A stretch of DNA of 64,000 bases from Mantamonas sphyraenae STR306. Taxonomy: Eukaryota > Protista > CRuMs. The stretch is taken from assembly GCA_026936335.1 (NCBI GenBank), contig JAPMXV010000068.1:62001-126000 (forward strand), given 5' to 3'. Position numbers and translations under genes: made by a program. Below, piece by piece: positions 23,145 through 36,178 of the stretch; position 1 is the first letter of the stretch; each line of letters starts with the position of its first letter. The notes under the pieces are model-generated. The model was given only the letters and a program-made list of their open reading frames with translations, did not search any database and was not told the DNA's origin.

Positions 23145-26100
23145 TCACACCCATGCACTCCAGCCCGGATAGAGCTGGGAGAGCTTTGCCGAGCTGGTTG
23201 CTTCGGTGATCAGGCGCGCAACCTGGCTGGACACATCCATGGGCATCTCAAACTCGAGGCCACGCAGTTTGGCACGAACGACATCCAGGGTTTTGTCTGC
23301 GTCCATGTTGGCGTCGTCGTCGTCTGCTGGTGCGTCGATGCCCATGTCGCTTCGCTGCTGTGGGCTGAGCTGCTTGCGCATGAGTTCGCGTGTGGAGAGG
23401 AGCCAGCGTGAAAGGGGATCGTGGACGACGACGTTGAGGATGGTCATGAGGGCGGCTTCGTTGTTGCGCATGAGGCGCATGCTCGACTCGCAAGCGTGGC
23501 GAAAGAGGCCGTCGACTCCGGTGACTCCCATGCCATCGACCACGTCGGGGGTCAGGCGGAAGCCCGGCGGCACGACTTCGGGCACACGCAGCTTCTTTCC
23601 TTGCTCGAAGCACATGCCAAAGTCAATGGAAATGTACTCCCCGTGACGTTTGTCGAGGAGGATGTTGAAGAGGTGCCGGTCACCCAGACCGACAATGTAG
23701 CCCACAATGGAGTTCAGAGCCACGCTGCGTGTGTAGCGCTGCCTGCGTGCAAACCATTGCATGCCCTCTGCGTACTGTTCGAGAAAGAGGTGGTGCATGA
23801 CGGGCCGGAAACGAGCGCAGACCTTGCGAAACTCGTTCTCCTTGTCCTTGGCAGACGCATCGTCCTTGTCATGCACGGCTGCCATGCGCCTGCGACACTC
23901 CATAAACTTTAGGTCGCCGTCCCTTCTGTACCGTCCGTGCAGACTGTGTGCAAAAGCGTGTTCGCTGCCACCTGCCAGAATCTCGCCCAGTGGCGTGGCC
24001 TGCACCATTTCGATGACGCCTGTGTCAGGCGACAGGGGCACCACGCTGTATGTACGCAAGCCCTGCATGCGTTTATGCACCAGCAGGTTGTTGACCAGTC
24101 GAAACAGCTGCTGCATGACTGCATCCTGCCGCATGTCGTCGTTGCCCTTGACAATCTGCGGATACTCCAGGCCGTCGCTGCCTGTGCAAGTGATGCGTTT
24201 CGGTGCACTGACACCTCCCAACACTGTGTACTCTTCGCTGAACCCATCCACATACACCAGCGGGCCATCCCCCGGCCTGTGGGTCAGCACAGGCAAATGC
24301 ATGGCCGACCAATCGACGTCCTGGAACACGGTCAGCGCCATGCCACGGCCATCTTTCCTGCGCTTGGCCACGGTGGATTTGTCCAATTCGGTGCGTGCAA
24401 GGGCCATGTAACACTCAAACAGCCTGTCCATGCTCTCTGTCAGCTCGCCCAGGTTGCGCTTTTCCTCGTCCTGCGTGCCCACCGATCGTGACGCGCCGCC
24501 GTTGCTTGCCGCCGTCTTCTGCTTTGCCATGCTGTGCAGCACCAGCTCTACCGCGTCGCGCTTGATGTCGTTGTTGCGCATGGCCAGCAGCTGTTGCAGG
24601 ACATGGAAAGGTCGCTTGCGCGCAGCACGCAGGATCAGCGTGCCGAGCTGCTGTTGGAAGGTGGCCCGCGGCGTTGATCGCTCCTCCACCTTTTCCAGCT
24701 GTGCACACAGCTGATAGATCAGAGGCATAAACTTGGAGCTGCTGATGAAGCGCAGCTCGATGGGGTCCATCACCCCCAGGCAATCCACCTGGTCCTTGTG
24801 GGCCAACCACAGCGCAGTCAATCTGTACACGGCACGTGTTTCCGCAGCGCCCCCGTGCGATTTGCGCAACACTTGCTGATACTCAGCCATGGCCTTGCAC
24901 ACAAGCTGCACCAGTTCGTCCTCGCGCCGCACATCCTCGGCCATCTCTGCACGCAGCCAGCGGATTTCGGCCATGCAGCGAGCTTGCTGCTTCTTCATCC
25001 GATCTTTGCGCTCCGTGTCGGTTTCGCTTGCCATTTCTCGCTTCAGATTCTTGGCCAGCTTTGTGTTTTTGTCAATCAGCGTTTTGCGCCTTTCGATGGC
25101 GCGCTGCCGCTCGTCACTCTGCAACTGAACCTCCAGCGTGCGTTGCATCTCGTCAAAGTAGTCTGCCAGAGCCAGGTGTGCCCGTTCCACGCAGGCTGCG
25201 TCATCGCTGCTGTTTGCACTGTGCAAGGCCGACGTCAGGTAGCGCTCACACTGAAGGTCATGCATACCCAGCCACTCGCCGATGCACACAGACGCCTCTG
25301 CAGCCACAGACATCTCATCCGCCTGTTTGGCTGCATGCACGGCCTCTTTGGCCGCGGTGATGGCTTTGTGCGTGTTGCCCTGCAGCAGCAGCAGCCGGGC
25401 CTCATCCAACCGCCAAGCAGCGCCCTGTGCGTAGTCCTCGTCCGCGCCTCCGTCGTGCAGGGCATGCAACGCCTTTGCCGCTGCCTTGTCAGCCTTCATG
25501 GCACAGGCAATGTGTAGCACAGCCGCGTCGTGTGCCCTGCGTGCTGTGGGTCCGTGCACGTCCGACGCCAACGCGACATCTTGCGCCAGCAGCGCGCGGC
25601 GCAGCGCCATGATGGGCTCGACGTCTTCAAAGTGGCGCAGCTGGGACCACCAGGCATGCTGTGGGACAGTTTCTGACAACACGCGTGTTTGCATGCTTGT
25701 GCGCAGTTCATGGACCATGCTCACGCGGCCGAGGGCGTCCATGGCTTCACGCGACCCACGCATGCCGCACCGGCTGTCGACATGCACACTCACCTGATCC
25801 GCCACAATGTCATGCAGGGTCTCCAGCTGCGCCTCAAAGAGAGCGGGCGACGCGTGTGCACGCAGAGTGTGGTACAACTGTTCGTGGAACCCTGGGGCTG
25901 TGCTGCGCTCCTCACGACTCACACTGGCCCCAAGCCTCCAAGCACTCTCGTACAGCAACTCTTTGTCACACGTGGCGGCGCTGCGTGCGTTGAGCAGCTC
26001 GTGCAACACCGACCAGTTGCCCAGCTGTTTCAGTGAGTGGTGCACGCCGCTCCACGCACTCGCTTGGTCCGTCACCTCCTGATCGTACAACGTGAGCGCA

Positions 26101-29100
26101 TGTGCCCATTGGTGATCGTGTGTGGCCCCGAGCAGGTCGCCCGTCCTGCTGAATGTATGCTGGTTTACAGCCTGCAGGGTGTCACGGTCGTTCATGTGGC
26201 CGTACACCTGGATGAGCACATCCATCAGCCTCCTCCTCTGCTCTTCATCCAACTTGTCACTCAGATTGTGTGAGTGCTTGCCCCTGCGCAATCCCTGCTC
26301 ACTGCTTGTGCCAAACAAGCCTGCGCCTGTCAGCTGGCCGAGCTGCACCGCAAGCCAATGCTCCACCAGCTGCAAGGCCACGTGGTGTTCCTTCAGTGCC
26401 ACTGCCTGTTCACTGCACATGAGCATGTCCAAGTGCCGCAACACGCCCTGTCCGCCGCTCGATGAAGCAAACGACGACGACGAAGATGAACGCGACGACG
26501 AGGAGGACGAGGAGGACGAGGAAGATGATGATGATGATGATGATGATCCCATGCCAAACTTGTGTGATACGACATGTTCGTGCCTGTAGAGGGCGTAGAT
26601 GGAGCGCAAGGCCATGGTGCGTTGCCGCGGATGCTCGCTGGAGAGCAGAAGCGTCTGCAGGCTTTGGGCAAACTGCTGCGCACGCATGTCGACAGGCATC
26701 AGAGCGATGATGTGTGGCAGCACATCTTCGGCGAGGCTCTCGTCGACAAGGAGCAGGGCGTCGAGAGAGCGCACAATTGGGTCTCCGGTGGCATGGTACA
26801 CCAGCTGCGCGGCCAAATGAGACAACCATGCGCCCACGCCGAGGGGAGCACACGAGCTGTGCCATGCCTCTTGTTGCCAGTTGGACGCATCCCAGGCCAC
26901 GCTCATGCCTGATATTTGCTGTGCCAGGGCCAACCGCTCCTGTTGCAGCTCGACATGGTCGATTTGCTCGCCCACGTCGTCGTGGATGTACACCTCCAGT
27001 GAGAATGCCACGTCTGGATAGGTTTCCACGTGTTCGCACAGCTCCACCGAGTTGTCGCAGGCAAACATGGCTGTGAGGGTGGAGCCGGCCAGCCTCGCAC
27101 GCATCGCGTCACGTCCATAGAGCATGGCCAGCAACCTGCGCACAGCATGTAGTTTGATCACCATCAGTCTGTTCTCTCCATCCAGATCCTCGTTGTCCAA
27201 CGCCGCTGAATGTGGCGACCACGACGAAACGCCCGCGGCATCCTGCTGGTCGTCCTCCACGAGCGTGGGCAGGGGTCGCACCTGTCCCAACAGACCCAAC
27301 AGACGCACAATGTGCCCTCGTGCTGCTCCAGCATGTGTCAGATCACTCAGAAGCTTGCGCCCAACTCGAGCCAACAACGCATCTTCCTCCGCCACTTCCA
27401 GACTGTTGGCCTGGCCCTGCACAAGTGCCTCAAGCGCAGATTGCAGCCTGCTCATGAGCATTCCCATGTGGCCGTGACGTTGGTTGACATAGCGTTGCAA
27501 GGTCTCGACGGCATCCACCTCCTCCACAGCCTCCAGTTTGTCGTACAACGGGAGCAGCCAGTCGACGCGAGGCACAGGCAGACACGACCACATGCGGTTG
27601 GAGAGCACCTGGCTGGACGCTAGCCGCGTGGCTGCCTTGAGCAAGTCGTCGCGATGCGATGGGTACGCTTGGCCCGCCGCCACAAGGTCGTCCACGAGCT
27701 GCGGCAGGCCGTCAGACAGTGCAAACAGGGCGTCGACACGTTCGGGCATGGCGTCTACGGCACGAGAGAGCGTTGACACCGCTGCCACACTCTGGCCTGC
27801 GTCCTGGGAGCGCGCAAGGGCCAGGGTGCACTGAAAGACGAGACGCACGAGGCTGCATCTGTTCCACAGCTGTGCGTCTGCGTCTGTGCTGCCCTGGGTG
27901 CCTTGCTTGACAATGTTTCCCAGGATGTAGTTGGCCTGTCGCTGCGTGCTGACTACGTCTGGGTTGAGGAAGCAGAGCTCGACGCACATGGCATGCAGAC
28001 GGCGCGCACGTGCATTGCTGCACCACGTCAGCGCCCACCCATTGCTGGGAGGCGCAATGTCTTGCTCGACGTGGCGCCACAGATTCTCAAAGAAGCCTGG
28101 GTACAGGTGGTCATTTGTCAACCAGCGCAGCACTTCCTGAAACACGGCTTCGGGGTCGATCAGGTCCATGAGCTCTTTGTCTTGCTGACGACACGCGTCC
28201 TCCAGGGCATTGACAAGGTCGCGTGCGCGCTTGCGCTCCTCGGGTGCCTGATTGTCGTCAAACAGACGCACTGCGCATTGGACAAACACGGGCTGCGCAT
28301 ACATGATCAGTGTTTCGGGGCTGACGTGCGAATGTGAGTGCCAGTATATGGACAGGGGCACAATGATGTCGGCAAACTCTGTGTGCAACCGCCGCTGCTC
28401 GCGGAAGCCGCAGAGCCAGTACGGGAAGCGACGCATCGGGTTGGCCGCGTTCAGCTCCTTTGAGTGCCTTCCTTCCAGCCAGTGGCGAATGAGCGCCTGC
28501 GTGCGCGGCCTCATCATCTCTGCCAGCGACGTGTGTTGCAGCCGCGCAGCCAGGTTCCACATCGCCAGAGCCACGGGTTGTTTGAGCACGTTGTAGTGCT
28601 TCTCCATGAAAAGCACACACAGCTGCTCGACAGTTCTCTCCAGGAAGCGCGGGTAGGCCACAGTCACCTCGACCAAAGTAGCCAGCGCAGAAACGGCGTA
28701 CTGGTGCAAACTCTCGTGCTCTGTGCCTTTGGTGTGCATCAGATCCATCACCTCCATGACCAGTTCACTGTACACGGCATCCAAACTGTCACCCATGCGT
28801 CGCAGCGCGACGGGAAGCAACTGTGCAGAGTACAGACGCATGATTGAGTCGCGCTCGTCGCAGAGAATGTCCAACATGGAATCAAGGTCGTCCGCCTCGT
28901 CGTTGCCCGCCACAGAGGCACACGCAATGTCGCTCAACATGTACATGGTCTCTCTGCTGGCCATTTTGCTGCCCGACGTCGTCTCGTCCTTGATGTTTGC
29001 GCCGACCTGCTTGTCGACGGCCTTGGTGACGTACTCTCGCAGGCTACGCACCACAAACATCAACCGGTCGTGTTCCATCCACGTGTCGCGCTGGTGGGTG

Positions 29101-32100
29101 TGAAGCGTCAACACAACGGTGTGCAACAGCCTAACAAGGGCACCCACGGCCAACCTGTTGGCCAGCTGATCAACACCTTCGAGATATTCGCTCAGCACGT
29201 CGTATGCATGAAGACGAGCGCACATGGACGCAATCACACAGGTGATCGTCTCACTGAGGGCCTGCTCCTTGCATGTCGATCGCAACAGTTCCGCCAACTT
29301 GGCCACCACGTCACCCTGTGTGTCCTCACTCTGTTGCTCTACCAGAACACACAGGAGCTCGACAGCGTTTTTCACCTGCTCTTTTGTCGCACTCACCATC
29401 CTATCTGTCTCATGCTGGTGCGCAGTCGTGGATGAGGACGACGAGGACGACGAGGATGACGAGGATGAGGTCGACGACACGGCTCCGCCCGCCGTGTCCA
29501 CGGCCCACATGACAGCTCCGGCGTCTGTGAGCTGCGACTGAGACTGGGACTGGCTCTGAGACTGGGAACTCTGCGTGTCAGTGACCATGGAATGAAGCAT
29601 GGCCGCCCTGTCGTCTGTGTCCATGTCAGCCTCTGCGCCAAAGTCGAGAGTCGACATGTGGCCCTCCCAGCAGAGGCGAATGTGATCCATCAGCTGACCC
29701 ACGAGCTTTTCGCGCCTCCTGTTTGATGACTGCGAAGCAGCATAGAGCATGCACTCGTACAGCGTGGTCCAGCAGGCGTTGAAGAGTGGCGGCGCCTGGA
29801 GCAAGTCTGCGAGTAAGGCAGGGAGTCGCTTGTGTTGCTCGTTCAGGGTGCGCTCCATGAATCCTTTGTCCAAGGCGTGCATGTGGGCGAGAAGGGAAAA
29901 TGCACGGACACGCACAGTGACACGTGCATCGTCCAGTTGTTCCAGGAGGCTGCGTTGCACCTCGCTGCGCAGCTCTTCACTCTGAGCCGCTGTTGTGCTC
30001 AGCACCAACAACTGATCCGATTCCCCTGCTTCCCGTGCACTGCTGTGCTCCTGTGAGGGTTCTTGTGTGCCCTTCCACAGACGTGCACGCGTTGGCTCTG
30101 AATACGAGCCCAGCTCCCGCATGCGTGACAGCTCCGTTTGCACGAGACCCACCTCACGCGCCGAGGAGTCTATCGAATCCAGATGACCCGACAGAAGGGC
30201 ACGAGACATGGTGCGTCCACAGAGCACGTGCAGTAGGTGGGCGACGAGAGCAGATGACAGTCCTTCAGGGTGCTGCACCCACGACAGGACATGGGAAGCG
30301 CACAGAGACAACGGAGAGAGATCGTGGTCGTCGTTGTCTGACGTGTCACAAAGCACGTCTGCACAGTGACACACTGTGGCCGCAATCAGAGCGACGCCGC
30401 CCTTGGCAAACGGTTCATCACGCACAGGCTGCAGCTCTTCCAGCATACCACGAGCCACCCTGCCGACTTCCTGCACGTTGCCAAGCTCTCCTTGCACGAT
30501 TTGGGCCAATGTCCACGCAACGAGGCTGCGGTTGGCCTTGCCCTGGCCATGTTGCCTGCAAAACTCCACGCACAGCATCCACGCTTCCTTTTGAGCCCGC
30601 ATTGTCTGTAGAAGGACACCCCTGTGTCTCTGTGCGGTTTGTGCGATGATCCCCACGCCGTAGATCTGCGCCTGGATTACTTGGTGCGCCGTGTGTGACG
30701 ACGATCCTGTTGGCGACGCTGCAAGGTAGCTCATCAGCCACGCCAGCTGCCCTGCGTCATCTGTACACATGCTTTCCAGCAACTCTGCGTGTTTGCACAG
30801 GGTGTGCACCACAATGAGCACCGAACCTGCGTTGCGCATGGACTGCTTTCCCAGCACACGGATCAGCTCGCCCACGACGGAGTTGGCCTCCACGCGCTGC
30901 CGCTTGTCCCCCAAGGCGCCCAGTGCGCCACCGCTCGCCTTGCGCTTGTTTCCGACCCTTGTATGTCCTTCCTCATTGTCCTCGCTGTCCTGGTGCTGCT
31001 CCTCTTCAAACAACCCGTCTCGCGTGGAGCTTGTCGACGAAGTGCTGCTCGAGGATGTGTGCGTGGTTGCCAGCGAACCATGCTGCATAGCCAGTGACGT
31101 GTGGTACGCCACATCTGCGCAGAAGTCAAAGAAGCCTGCGGACTGCAACGGGAAGCGAAGCTGTGCCAAGGCGTGCTCCAGAGGCCGCTGAATGGTGCGA
31201 GATTGCAGCGGGGCGCTTTCCTGCGCCATGGTCACCCCTTTCTGCACCTCCTCCACAGTACGCTTCCAAAGCTGCGAAAATTCGCTGATGCGGTCGGCCA
31301 GTAGCTGTGGGGACAGTCCTTGGTCACGTGCCAGCCGTGCATCGCCAGGCTGACAGCCAAAGCACTCGCTCAACGTCAAATAGGACGCGAGAAAGTCAAA
31401 CAGACGCATCCTTGCTTCTGTGTGCCTACTTCGCCGCATTGCAGTCCAGGTACGCATGGCAATGTGCACCCAGTGTACGTTGCAGGTCTTCAGAACCATC
31501 GCGCGCACGTTCAGCCCCTCTGCACGCAGCACCTGACCCAGAACACCCATCAGAGTGCACAACGTTTCCAAGTCGTGCTTTTGGGATCCAGATTCCACGT
31601 GGATGGCTGCTCCAAGGTCGTCAAAGAGGGGCACCAGCTTGTGGACGAAACGCCGCAACGGGCACGGACACGCACACACCAGTTGGAACAACGCTGAGGC
31701 CACACTCTGTGTGACGTTGTTTCCGTACATTTTGTCGCCAATCCAGTTCATCAGCATAGTGTGCAAATGCAAGTACATCTCTGTGGGTGGCGGTGGGGGG
31801 GTTGGCGAGCGGGGGTTGGGTGATCAGCGTGTCAGGAACTCTGGCTTTCCGGCCCGCACACCGCCTCATTGAACCGCGTACCATTCAGCTCCTGGCCGTT
31901 CCATGTGTCGATGTATGTGTCGCTCAGCAGATGCCGCCCAAGCATGTCGCACATGTCCACATACACAGTCTCGTCGCCAAACTCGAGTACGTCTTGTTTC
32001 GCGAGCATCTGCAGGTGCTTGACGCACGACGCACGCAGCATGCCCAAAGTGTCGTCGTCCAGCAAAAGCTGCAGTTCCTGGCACCTGTCGAGCAGCGTCA

Positions 32101-32459
32101 GCATGGCTCTGCTGGCCACCTGGCTTCGTTTGCTTCGCTTCGACACCATCTTTGTGTTGAGCTTGTCCAGTTGGAAGAGCAGCTGCGACGCCGTGCCTTC
32201 GTTAAACGCCCCCGTGTCCATAGCACTTCCTCCCCGCTGTGCCTCCCGCGTCACCTGGGCGACGGCCTGCAGTGTGGCGTGTCCGGGACGAAACGACGCT
32301 TGTGCAACTTCACACGCCGACTGCACCTGCGTGTGTCAGCATCCTTCCACCATTCGCCACACGTGCACTACACACACACACACACACACGACGCACCTCC
32401 ACATCCTTGACGCTCTTGGCAGCCTTGAGCTGTTTGACCAGCGTGCCAAGGGCCATCAT
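23145..32459 (-). CDS. ATM: ATM/Tel1 PIKK serine/threonine kinase (~3047 aa)
   Basis: Exons 32459-32397, 32326-31882, 31780-23145 (introns of 70 and 101 nt). GGVSAPKRITCTGSDG, KGNDDMRQDAVMQQLF, GLGDRHLFNIL, IDFG and FATC end LSQLYPGWSAWV*. The first exon is less certain. Confidence 0.93.
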
Positions 32460-32501
32460 GTCGACGACGATGTTTTGGTCCCAGCTGCGCACACGCAGCC
32501 A

Positions 32502-33874
32502 ATGTTTTCAAGGCAGCTTCGACATGCAGGACACGCCACCGAGCTGATTGGCTCGTCGCATGCAGCCACCGTCTGCGTTCGCACACAAGCAACCAGCACC
32601 ACCGAGGCAAAGGCCCGCGACGACTTTAGTTCGTCCGTCCAGGCCGAGAAGGATGCAGCGACCATGCAGGACTCTGTGGGCACGCTGAAGGAGTCCATGA
32701 GAGATGCAGGCATCAACCTACGCAGCGGCCTGCCCAACGTTCTCATGTACATTGCAGCGCGTGGTCCGCATTGCGGACCACGCTTCCCGTTTAAAGCAAC
32801 GGCGCTGGACACTGACACACACGCACGCCACCGCTTCCACATGCACACACGCCGCGACACACTCGTGGCCACCACAGTCTTCACACAGGAGGCACGCTGG
32901 GCATGGGCCTGCCCATGGAAACGCAATCATCGCCTTTGGGCACCCCGTCCCAAAAGTCAGACCTACTGAGTGGTGTGATGAACCGCATCCCAGACCTTGC
33001 CAAGTTGGCAGACGTGGACTTGCAGGTGCTGTTCAACAAAGACTCGTCGCTGGTGGACCCGCGGGATTGGGCCCTCATTGCGTCGGCCATTCACGACAAC
33101 AGGAACCTGTACGACGGCTTTGTGGTCATCCACGGAACGGATACAATGGCCTACAGTGCAGCTGCACTGTCCTACATGCTCAACGGCCTGCGTAAACCGA
33201 TTGTGTTTACGGGCTCCCAGGTGCCTCTGAGCGGCACGCGAACAGACGCCATTTCCAACATGCTGGACAGCGTCACACTGGCCGGTCAGTGTGCTGACGT
33301 GTGGCAGGAGGTTGGCGTGTGCTTTGCAGGCACCCTGATGCGTGGAAACCGCGCCACCAAGTTTGATTCGTCGTCCAAGACGGCGTTTCGGTCGCCATCG
33401 TATCCGTTGCTGGCCGAACTGGGAATCGACGTTAACTGGAACCGCAGGGCCCTTCTGCAGACATTCGAGGTCGGTTACTACGACCCGTGCTTTGACATTG
33501 GCAGCAAGGTGACCATGGTGCAGCCCATTCCGGGTCTGCATCCCATGGACTGCTACGGCGACCTGGGCTCACGCGGCGTCGAGGGCATCCTTGTCAAGGG
33601 CTTTGGCGTGGGCAACCTGCCCAACGCAGAGAGCCAGGGCTGGATCGAATGGTTGGACATGCAGGCGGAGCAGGGTGTGCTCATGATGCTGGGCTCCACC
33701 TGTGTCACAGGGAGCATCAACCCAAACCTCTACGAAACAGGCCGCCAGGCCGTCAAGCTGGGCATGGTGCCGGCTGTCGGCATGTCTACAGAAGCTGCCC
33801 TAACCAAACTCATGTATTGTGTGCGCAATCCCTTGGTACGCTTGAGCACGCCGATTGCAGGCGAAATGGATTAG
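32502..33874 (+). CDS. Type I L-asparaginase (AnsA-like) with N-terminal extension (~413 aa)
   Basis: Exons 32502-32746 and 32878-33874; the 131-nt intron GTACAT..CACAG restores NVLILHTGGTLGM. Also DSS, HGTDTM, TGSQ, RGNRATK and MSTEAALTKL. Confidence 0.9.
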
Positions 33875-33918
33875 AATTGTTGTCCATGACCCGCCCTTTT
33901 GTTGCCATCCATCCTCTT

Positions 33919-34887
33919 TCATCCTCCAGTGGACATGTCATGCACCCATGATGCCACATGAGCCACAATCTCCCGCCCGCGTGCTTTGTACAAGGTGGCC
34001 ATGTGTGTGTCGAGAGGAAAGACAGCGCCGCGGTCCAGGTAGTGTCCGCATACACGTGTGCCGTCGCCTACCAGCGCGTGCATGACACTGTGTGCCCCTT
34101 GGCTGGCAGTCATCATGATGCGCATGTGGCGCATCAACCACGGTGGCCACGATAGCCAACCGTGCGTGTCTGCATACAGGCCTGTGTCCACGATGCCAGG
34201 ATGTACGGCCACAGTGCACAGACCTTCTGTGCCATTCAAAGCCATACTGGCCATCGTTTGTGCCTGCTTGCTGTCTGCGTAACCCATGAGAGCACGCCAC
34301 ACGCTCCCCACCGGCTGCTCGTCACGCACTGCCTTTGCGTACTGGCCAGATTCCACGTGCAGACTGCCCATCAGCTGCATGGCCGATGTAACATACACCA
34401 CGCGACCATCCTTTGCGTCCATGAGATCCTTCAGCGCCAGATGCAGTTGCACAGCGCCGCGTGCGTTGACGCGCACCATCTCGCCTCGTGTTGCGGTTGC
34501 ATGGACGTGCATCGTACCTGCATTGTTCACCAACCTGTCGATGTGTACTTTGTGTTCCTCACAGTAAGCACGCACCTGTGCAGCAAACGCAGCTGTGCTG
34601 GCGCCGTCCGCAAGATCCAAGGGCCACGTCAGCACGCGGCGGCTGGTCTCACCTTCCATCACCTCCACATCCATTTCCTCGCCAGGACGCACTCCCACAA
34701 GCAATGTGACGTTTTCATGCTGTGGGGAAAGCAGATGCTGAGCCAGGGCCCGCCCAATCCCACTGGTGGCGCCGGTCAAGACGATTGTCGAGCCGTCCAG
34801 CGAAGCCTGAGAGTCGGAGGACAACGGAGGTGCGGGCAGGACACTAAGGACCAACACAACAAACAGTTTCCACGGCGATATGATCAT
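33919..34887 (-). CDS. Short-chain dehydrogenase/reductase (retinol-dehydrogenase/DHRS-like) with hydrophobic N-terminus
   Basis: TGATSGIG, LDLA, NNAG, YADSK, VHPGIVDT. Confidence 0.88.
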   Translation of the reverse strand: MIISPWKLFVVLVLSVLPAPPLSSDSQASLDGSTIVLTGATSGIGRALAQHLLSPQHENVTLLVGVRPGEEMDVEVMEGETSRRVLTWPLDLADGASTAAFAAQVRAYCEEHKVHIDRLVNNAGTMHVHATATRGEMVRVNARGAVQLHLALKDLMDAKDGRVVYVTSAMQLMGSLHVESGQYAKAVRDEQPVGSVWRALMGYADSKQAQTMASMALNGTEGLCTVAVHPGIVDTGLYADTHGWLSWPPWLMRHMRIMMTASQGAHSVMHALVGDGTRVCGHYLDRGAVFPLDTHMATLYKARGREIVAHVASWVHDMSTGG

Positions 34888-34899
34888 TTACCCACGTGT

Positions 34900-35377
34900 T
34901 CACCTCTCTGTGTCCTCGTTGTGCTCCAGTACGCTTGTGTCCACGTGCGTCATGTCCTCTGGGATCACATTGACCAGAAAGTCGTACTGCGGATCGCCTT
35001 GGATGGCTTCGATGATGTCTTCCCGCTGCATCTCTCCACTGTCCGACCGCATCATCGACTCGAGCGCTCGCATGGTTAGCTCAAACACGAAAATCTCGGC
35101 GCTCTTGGCCAGCAGGTACTCTGCACTGCGCGACACTTGCTGTGGGAGAGCAAGAGGGAGGCATGTGAGTGTGCTGCTGCTGCTGTGTGTACAAACACCA
35201 CCCCAGCATGTTTGCACCCACCTTGCTGCAGTCGGCCTTGACAATCCTGCGGATGCGCTTCACCGGAAACTGCACGTCCCGCTTCATCTCCTCAGCACTC
35301 TTTTCCTCACGCAGATCCGCCTCCAAGTCCTCGCGCACCTTTTCCCAGCAGATCTGCACCACATCCACCTGTTCCAT
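34900..35377 (-). CDS. Histone-fold protein, NF-YC/POLE4/CHRAC-like (~131 aa)
   Basis: Exons 35377-35222 and 35139-34900 (82-nt intron). FPVKRIRRIVKAD, LLAKSAEIFV, QREDI, YDFL. Confidence 0.85.
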
Positions 35378-35435
35378 GCTGGGTTGTCCTGTGCCGACAA
35401 GCGCCCCGCTCCACAACCGAATTCGACAGCTGTGC

Positions 35436-36106
35436 ATGGGAGACGACGACGGCAAAGTGCCTCGCATCGACCCAAAGAATGCACGCTTCCCGTACTGCAT
35501 TGTGTGGACACCCATTCCACTCATCACGTGGATTCTGCCCGTGATTGGCCACATGGGGATCGCCGACTCGGAGGGCGTCATCTACGACTTTGCCGGGCCC
35601 TACTTTGTGTCTCGCGACAACTTTGCATTTGGCACAGTCAAGAAGTATCTGCAAGTCGACCCGTCGCAGCTGGACACGCGCGAATGGGAACCCGTGGCGC
35701 GCAGTGAAGCGCAGACCACACGGGACCTCTGGGACAAAGCTGTCGTCCGTGCCAGCGAAGACTATCGCTCTCACATGCACATTTTGTGTTGGGACAAGTG
35801 AGTTTGAGTGGCGTGTGACCATGGAGAATGCCCGTGTGTGCGTTTCCGCTCCTCACACCACCGTCTACCCCCCCCACCCCCCTTCCCCTTCCCCCGCACA
35901 GCTGCCACAACCACACGGCCCATGCTCTCAACCTCATGGGCTATCGCATCGCTGCTGAAGATGTCGGTCACTCGAGCTGGGGCATGGTGTCCATTTGGTG
36001 GCATTTCACCCTCCGGTCCCGCTACGTCAGCGCCAAGGCTTTCTTCCTGACCTGGTTGCCTTTTCTTGTCCTCGCCACCCTCGTGGCCCTCGTTGCCACC
36101 ATGTGA
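35436..36106 (+). CDS. TMEM222: TMEM222/RTE1-family membrane protein (~188 aa)
   Basis: Exons 35436-35797 and 35902-36106 (104-nt intron). RFPYCIVWTPIP, IGHMGI, DFAGPY, WDNCHNH. Confidence 0.9.
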
Positions 36107-36178
36107 TCCTGTACAGAAACGAGCCACGAGATGAGAACTGCGCTGTGCAGTGCAAAGAAACAAACACACATTGCTCCA

